Source: Eledone cirrhosa
Lineage: Eukaryota
Assembly: GCA_964016885.1 (NCBI GenBank)
Contig: OZ024740.1
Span: forward strand, 188,418,001 to 188,482,000
DNA length: 64,000 bases
Direction of reading: 5' to 3'
Part shown: positions 57,101 to 64,000 of the stretch, in pieces
Numbering within the stretch: position 1 is the stretch's first letter
Layout of the letters: each line of letters opens with the position of its first letter
Made by a program: the position numbers and the translations under genes
Notes under the pieces: model-generated
The model's input: only the letters and a program-made list of their open reading frames with translations
Told to the model about the DNA's origin: nothing
Databases searched by the model: none

Positions 57101-57769
57101 CCATGGATTTCGTCGTAGCCGTCACAATGTTGTCCAACGTGACCATTTAGGTCGCTGGCAATAATTATATAGTCACTGTCGGTTATTTGGGAGGTAGTGA
57201 GCATCAGTGTCTCATAGAATCTGTCTTTTATAGTGCCGGGCAGTCCGGAATGGGGTGCGTACGCAGATATTACTGTCACCGTAGTTCTATTGAGGACAAG
57301 TCGTATTTTAATTATTCTGTCGTTCACTCTATTTACGTCTATTATCTTATATGCCCACTTTTCTGCTACCATGATTCCTACTCTACCCAGCCCATCGTCG
57401 TTTCCCACCCAGAAAAGCTTATAACATCGGTTTTTACCCTCAATGAATCTAGCAGACCCACCCTTCCACCTGGTCTCTTGAATACAACAAACATCGACCT
57501 CCTTACGTTAAAGCATTTCTACAACCTCGTTAGCGCGACCCGTTAAGGTGCCTACATTTATGGTACCAACTCTGAAGTTTTGGATTGCGTTTGGAGGGTG
57601 GGGGCGGTGGTGGGCGGGGGGAGATGGGGCTAAGTTAGCCGTCCGCGGTCGATACAAAGAGGAGTGCTCGCATTCTCGTCCACGAGGTGAATTTGTCTTT
57701 ATCTTTGGCATTGTGGCTGATCGTCCAGATTTTTCTCTCTCTTCCACTCTCCAGGATTCCATAGTCCAA
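54171..57769 (-). mobile_element. Near-full-length RTE-clade LINE (APE endonuclease + RT), disrupted
   Basis: APE motifs [34 protein letters not shown]; RT motifs NYRGIKL, QFGF, DLEKAFDRV, HQGSVLSP, LYADDL; (GAT)n tail. Confidence 0.95.
54561..57762 (-). pseudogene. RTE EN-RT ORF broken by a stop (about 57508) and frameshifts (about 57100, 55660, 55590)
   Basis: Split across ORFs 57508-57762, 57085-57408, 55656-57146 and 54561-55484. Confidence 0.9.
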
Positions 57770-57813
57770 TATATATATATATATATATGTATGTATATAT
57801 ATATATATATATG

Positions 57814-57862
<49 letters not shown>

Positions 57863-57874
57863 ATGTATATATAT

Positions 57875-57928
<54 letters not shown>

Positions 57929-57940
57929 ATGTATATATAT

Positions 57941-57982
<42 letters not shown>

Positions 57983-58335
57983 ATATGTATATATATATGT
58001 ATGTATATATGTATATATATATATGTATGTATATATGTATATATATATATATGTATGTATATATGTATATATATGTATGTATATATGTATATATATATAT
58101 ATGTATGTATATATGTATATATATATATATGTATGTATATATGTATATATATATATATGTATGTATATATGTATATATATATATGTATATATGTATATAT
58201 ATATATGTATGTATATATGTATATTTCTTATTTTTCATTTTTATTTTATTTTTTATTTTTATTTTTATTTTTATTTTTATTTTTATTTTTATTTTTATTT
58301 TTATTTTTATTTTTATTTTTATTTTTATTTTTATT
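57770..58335. repeat. (TA)n/(TATG)n tract followed by (TTTTTA)n
   Basis: Seen directly. Confidence 0.95.
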
Positions 58336-58453
58336 TTACTCTTTTCTTATTTTACTCCTTTTACTTTACTCTTTAAACTCCTCCCAACTTATGGTATCCC
58401 CACATATATTCTTCTGTTTTGCCTTTGTCAATGCTTGTATACTATGTATTTAC

Positions 58454-58513
58454 TCTTTATGCACTGAAGAGTCCCACTTCTAGTGTGGACGAAACACTGT
58501 TAGCAATTAAAGA
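58454..58513 (+). ncRNA. Hammerhead-like motif (third family) in a probable Penelope pLTR fragment, about 58340-58550
   Basis: tcttta-tgca-CTGAAGA-gtcc..cac-ttcta-gtg..ggac-GAAAC-act-GTT-agca-at-taaaga; the proximal stem I pair is an A.A mismatch. Confidence 0.6.
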
Positions 58514-58548
58514 TATACCTATGTTCTAAGCGCTCTTTGTTGTTAATT

Positions 58549-60224
<1,676 letters not shown>

Positions 60225-60229
60225 AGTAT

Positions 60230-62215
60230 GTAACTTTGAATAACTTTGAATAACTTTGAAATGTTTTGGCCAGTATTGGCCCAGGCCATGTCTAACTTAA
60301 TAGCACCACCTGGCGAAGTCTTTCAATTCAGGATTTGGGCACCATGGCCCATTCGAGAAGAGAATTACTGTTTGCGGAGACATATCCGGGTGTGGGTGGT
60401 TTGTCCGGGATTACTTGGAGGAATTTGTCCAAAGACTTCTTGAATTTTGTGTGGTCAGTTTCTGTTTTGACGTGTCCTGGTGTGATGTTGAAGAGAGCAG
60501 GGCCGATTGAGGTGAAATAATTGTGCCGTATTGTTGTTATGAGTTGCGATTTAGATTTTTGTATGGGACGGATAGCACGGGGCCCAAGCCTTGGGTGTAT
60601 CTTGAAGGCGATGCCAACATCATTTGGGCAGTGATGATGGAACATTTTCCACATCATGCAGATAATAGAACGATCACGGCGACGTTGGAGTGAGTAAAGT
60701 TTCAGCTTTTCTAGTCGACCCCAGTAGTCAAGGTCTGACATGCCATCTATCTTTTTCGTGATTGCCCTTTGAGGAGCTTCAAGTTTCATCATACTTTGTT
60801 TCGTGTGGGGAGACCACAGTGGACAACAGTATTCAAGGTGTGGTCGGGCAAAAGTAGAGAAGAGAAGGATAATGGTGTGGGAATCTCTCGACTGGAGGGT
60901 TCTGAGGATCCAGGAACACATTCTGCGGGCCATGTCAACTTTGCTGCTTATATGCGTGGCCCAGCTTATGTTGCTGTCCACGGTTACTCCCAAGTCTCTG
61001 ATGTTGTTAGATGCCACGAGAGTTTCCCCGGAGGGAAGGGAGTACGGGAGTTTCAGAGCATCCTCTTTTCCAAAGTGGATCAGTTCGAATTTGTCTTCGT
61101 TCAGTAACATGTTGTTCTTTTCCGCCCATTGGGTAACAGCCAGTAGGTCTGACTGAAGGCTTATCCGGTCATCCATGCCATTGATGACCTTTTGGAGCTT
61201 GGAATCATCAGCGAAAATTTTAATGTTGCTGTGTTTGATGATGTCAGTGATGTCATTAATATAGATGATGAAGAGAAGTGGGCCCAACACAGTGCCTTGT
61301 GGGACCCCACTACTGACTTTGGCTGGGCTGGATTTGACTCCTTCAACTACAACATGTTGGGTTCTGTTTGACAGGAAGCTCTTGATCCACTGCAGCAGCT
61401 TTCCAGTGACACCAATATTGGACAGCTTTCTCATTAGAATGTTATGATCAACCCTTTCAAAGGCCTTGCTGAAATCAAGGTAGATAACATCAGTGTTGGA
61501 ACCCTCTCCCAAGGCTCTCAAAATGACATCAAAGTGATGCAGTAGCTGCGTCAGGCAATCCCTTCCATTACGGAATCCATGCTGGTTGGAGTTCAGCATA
61601 TTGTTACTCTCAAGGAAGTGGGTCATTCGCGATCTCACCACTCTCTCAGATACCTTAATGATATGAGAGGTGAGTGAGATTGGACGGTAATTCACGGCAA
61701 GGGATTTGTTTCCCTTTTTGAAAACTGGGACAACAGACTGAGAATGAAGGTTTTCTGGCACATATCCAGCATCCAGTGAGTTCCGCCACAGATTGGCAAG
61801 AGCAGATGCAAGTTGGTGTTGACACGCCTTCAAGACACAAGCAGGGAACCTATCGGGACCTACTGCTGAATTATGCTTGATTTCCTTTATTGCCGCTAAG
61901 ACATCAGGGGCGCCAAACGTTATGTCCGATAAGGTGTAATGGGGAGTAACATCGCCGATACAGCCCAGATCGGCCATATCAGGATTGCTGAAAACAGAGC
62001 AGTATTGTTTCTGCAGTATCTCAGCCATGGTTTTAGCATTGTCTTGAAGAGTGCCATTTTCATCAATTAGAGGGTCAACAGTAGAGCCAGTGGTTTTGTG
62101 TTTTTTTGCAAATGAAAAGAACACTTTGGGATTGAGTTTGATCTTCTCAATGGCCCAGGCCTCTTCAGCTCTTCTCTGATTGTTGATGAGGGACATTATG
62201 TTGTTTTGGAAGTTA
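60230..62215 (-). mobile_element. 5'-truncated CR1/L2-group LINE with a tandem (TTCAAAGTTA)x3 tail
   Basis: Tail taactttgaa x3 at 60231-60260; embedded in TA/TATG repeats. Confidence 0.9.
60328..62196 (-). CDS. LINE ORF2 reverse transcriptase (CR1-like); endonuclease lost by truncation
   Basis: 622-aa open frame with [61 protein letters not shown]. Confidence 0.9.
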   Translation of the reverse strand: MSLINNQRRAEEAWAIEKIKLNPKVFFSFAKKHKTTGSTVDPLIDENGTLQDNAKTMAEILQKQYCSVFSNPDMADLGCIGDVTPHYTLSDITFGAPDVLAAIKEIKHNSAVGPDRFPACVLKACQHQLASALANLWRNSLDAGYVPENLHSQSVVPVFKKGNKSLAVNYRPISLTSHIIKVSERVVRSRMTHFLESNNMLNSNQHGFRNGRDCLTQLLHHFDVILRALGEGSNTDVIYLDFSKAFERVDHNILMRKLSNIGVTGKLLQWIKSFLSNRTQHVVVEGVKSSPAKVSSGVPQGTVLGPLLFIIYINDITDIIKHSNIKIFADDSKLQKVINGMDDRISLQSDLLAVTQWAEKNNMLLNEDKFELIHFGKEDALKLPYSLPSGETLVASNNIRDLGVTVDSNISWATHISSKVDMARRMCSWILRTLQSRDSHTIILLFSTFARPHLEYCCPLWSPHTKQSMMKLEAPQRAITKKIDGMSDLDYWGRLEKLKLYSLQRRRDRSIICMMWKMFHHHCPNDVGIAFKIHPRLGPRAIRPIQKSKSQLITTIRHNYFTSIGPALFNITPGHVKTETDHTKFKKSLDKFLQVIPDKPPTPGYVSANSNSLLEWAMVPKS

Positions 62216-62269
62216 TGTATATATATATATCTATATATATATATATATATATATATTTATGTATGTATG

Positions 62270-62300
<31 letters not shown>

Positions 62301-62801
62301 ATATATATATGTATATATGTATATATATATATATGTATGTATATATATATATGTATATATGTATATATATATATATGTATGTATATATATATATGTATAT
62401 ATGTATATATATATGTATGTATATATATATATATGTATGTATATATATATATATATATGTATGTATATATATATATATATATGTATGTATGTGTATATAT
62501 ATATGTATGTATATATATATATATGTATGTATATATATATATATATATGTCTGTATATATATATATATATGTATGTATATATATATATATATATGTATGT
62601 ATGTGTATATATATATGTATGTATATATATATATATATATGTATGTATATATATATATATATATGTATGTATGTGTATATATATATGTATGTATATATAT
62701 ATATATGTATGTATATATGTATGTATATGTATATATATATGTATGTATATATATATATGTATGTATATATATATATCTATATATATATATATATATATAT
62801 C

Positions 62802-62851
<50 letters not shown>

Positions 62852-62879
62852 TGTATGTATATATTTATATATATGTATG

Positions 62880-62932
<53 letters not shown>

Positions 62933-62972
62933 GTATGTATATATATACATGTATGTATGTATGTATATATAA
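62216..62972. repeat. (TA)n/(TATG)n microsatellite
   Basis: Seen directly. Confidence 0.95.
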
Positions 62973-63057
62973 TGAAAAATTGAACAGGGACAGAACAGAG
63001 AGGCAGTACAATAAATGTTCATTAAATTCCCGCTCAGGAGAGTGGTGGGTAGGTGGG

Positions 63058-63095
63058 GTTCGACGTTTCGGGCATAAGCCCTTCTTCAGGTGAGA
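63058..63095 (-). ncRNA. Minimal hammerhead motif (fourth family) in a probable Penelope pLTR, about 62975-63470
   Basis: Minus strand CTGAAGA-a-gggc-ttat-gccc-GAAACGTC. Stem III is reduced to the ACGT palindrome and stem I is weak. Confidence 0.6.
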
Positions 63096-63473
63096 AGTGT
63101 GTGGGAACAGAGTTCAAAAGGTGTGTAGGGGAGTGGTGGAGAGACATATAGCGAAAGGAAACGGTGCGAATGAAAAAGTAACAAATAAAACAAAAAATAT
63201 AATAAATAAAAATAAAGCATGATCAAAATACAAGGAATGAGAAAATTTAAAAATAAAGGCATCATCAAAATAAACTGAAATTAAAAGGGGGGTAAACAGG
63301 TGGTGGAAGGGTGTGGGGTGAGTAGGGGTGGTGGCGGGTAGAGTGGGGAGAGGGAGACGGGGTGTCCGAGCGGGGAGGGCTGAAGGTGGTGTGTGTGGTA
63401 AGGTGTGCGTGTGTGTGTGTGTGTGTGTGTGTATGTGAAAGTGAGGGTTGGGGAAGAACGGGGTTGCATATTC

Positions 63474-63506
63474 ATGTATGTATATATATATATGTATGTA
63501 TGTATG

Positions 63507-63539
<33 letters not shown>

Positions 63540-63674
63540 GTATGTATGTATATATATATATATGTATGTATGTATGTTCTTTTACCTTTATTCTTTTACC
63601 TGTTTCAGCCATCCGGCAGAGGCCATGCTGGGGCACCGCCCTTGTTGCTACACATATGTATATATGTATGTATG

Positions 63675-63705
<31 letters not shown>

Positions 63706-63778
63706 ATATATATATATATGTATATATGTATATATATATATGTATGTATATATATATGTATGTTTATGTATATATATG

Positions 63779-63833
<55 letters not shown>

Positions 63834-63912
63834 ATATATATGTATGTATATGTACATGTAAATATATGTATATATGTATGTATGTATATATATATGTATG
63901 TATATGTATATG

Positions 63913-63961
<49 letters not shown>

Positions 63962-64000
63962 ATATATATGTATGTATATATATATGTATGTATATATATA
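63474..64000. repeat. (TA)n/(TATG)n microsatellite with a short SINE-like insert at about 63578-63645
   Basis: Seen directly. Confidence 0.9.

Noticed and set aside
54625-57546. + strand ORFs overlapping the RTE element (and those over the CR1-like LINE)
   Set aside because: Antisense shadows of LINE coding sequence.

Overview
Very AT-rich, repeat-dominated animal genomic DNA. It is most likely from an octopus or other coleoid cephalopod; this is inferred from the huge (TA)n/(TATG)n tracts and the RTE/CR1/SINE repertoire. Almost all long ORFs in the supplied track are Ile/Tyr microsatellite artefacts. The window does contain: (i) two small + strand exons (44274-44346, 49826-49873) that splice in frame into a signal-peptide protein start, MVNILQGIILALTYSIHLSNAVNPAKENCLTYESNYPKTR, resembling a class B GPCR N-terminus; (ii) a near-full-length disrupted RTE LINE with a PHD-like finger inserted in its RT, a 5'-truncated CR1-like LINE with an open RT frame, and many RTE/CR1/R4 fragments and tRNA-derived SINEs; (iii) at least seven type I hammerhead ribozyme motifs from about four unrelated families. 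The hammerheads include a 554-nt non-coding tandem repeat with one ribozyme per unit (retrozyme or Penelope pLTR-like, a candidate circular RNA source) and a head-to-head inverted pair. All calls are from reading the sequence by eye; no searches were run.
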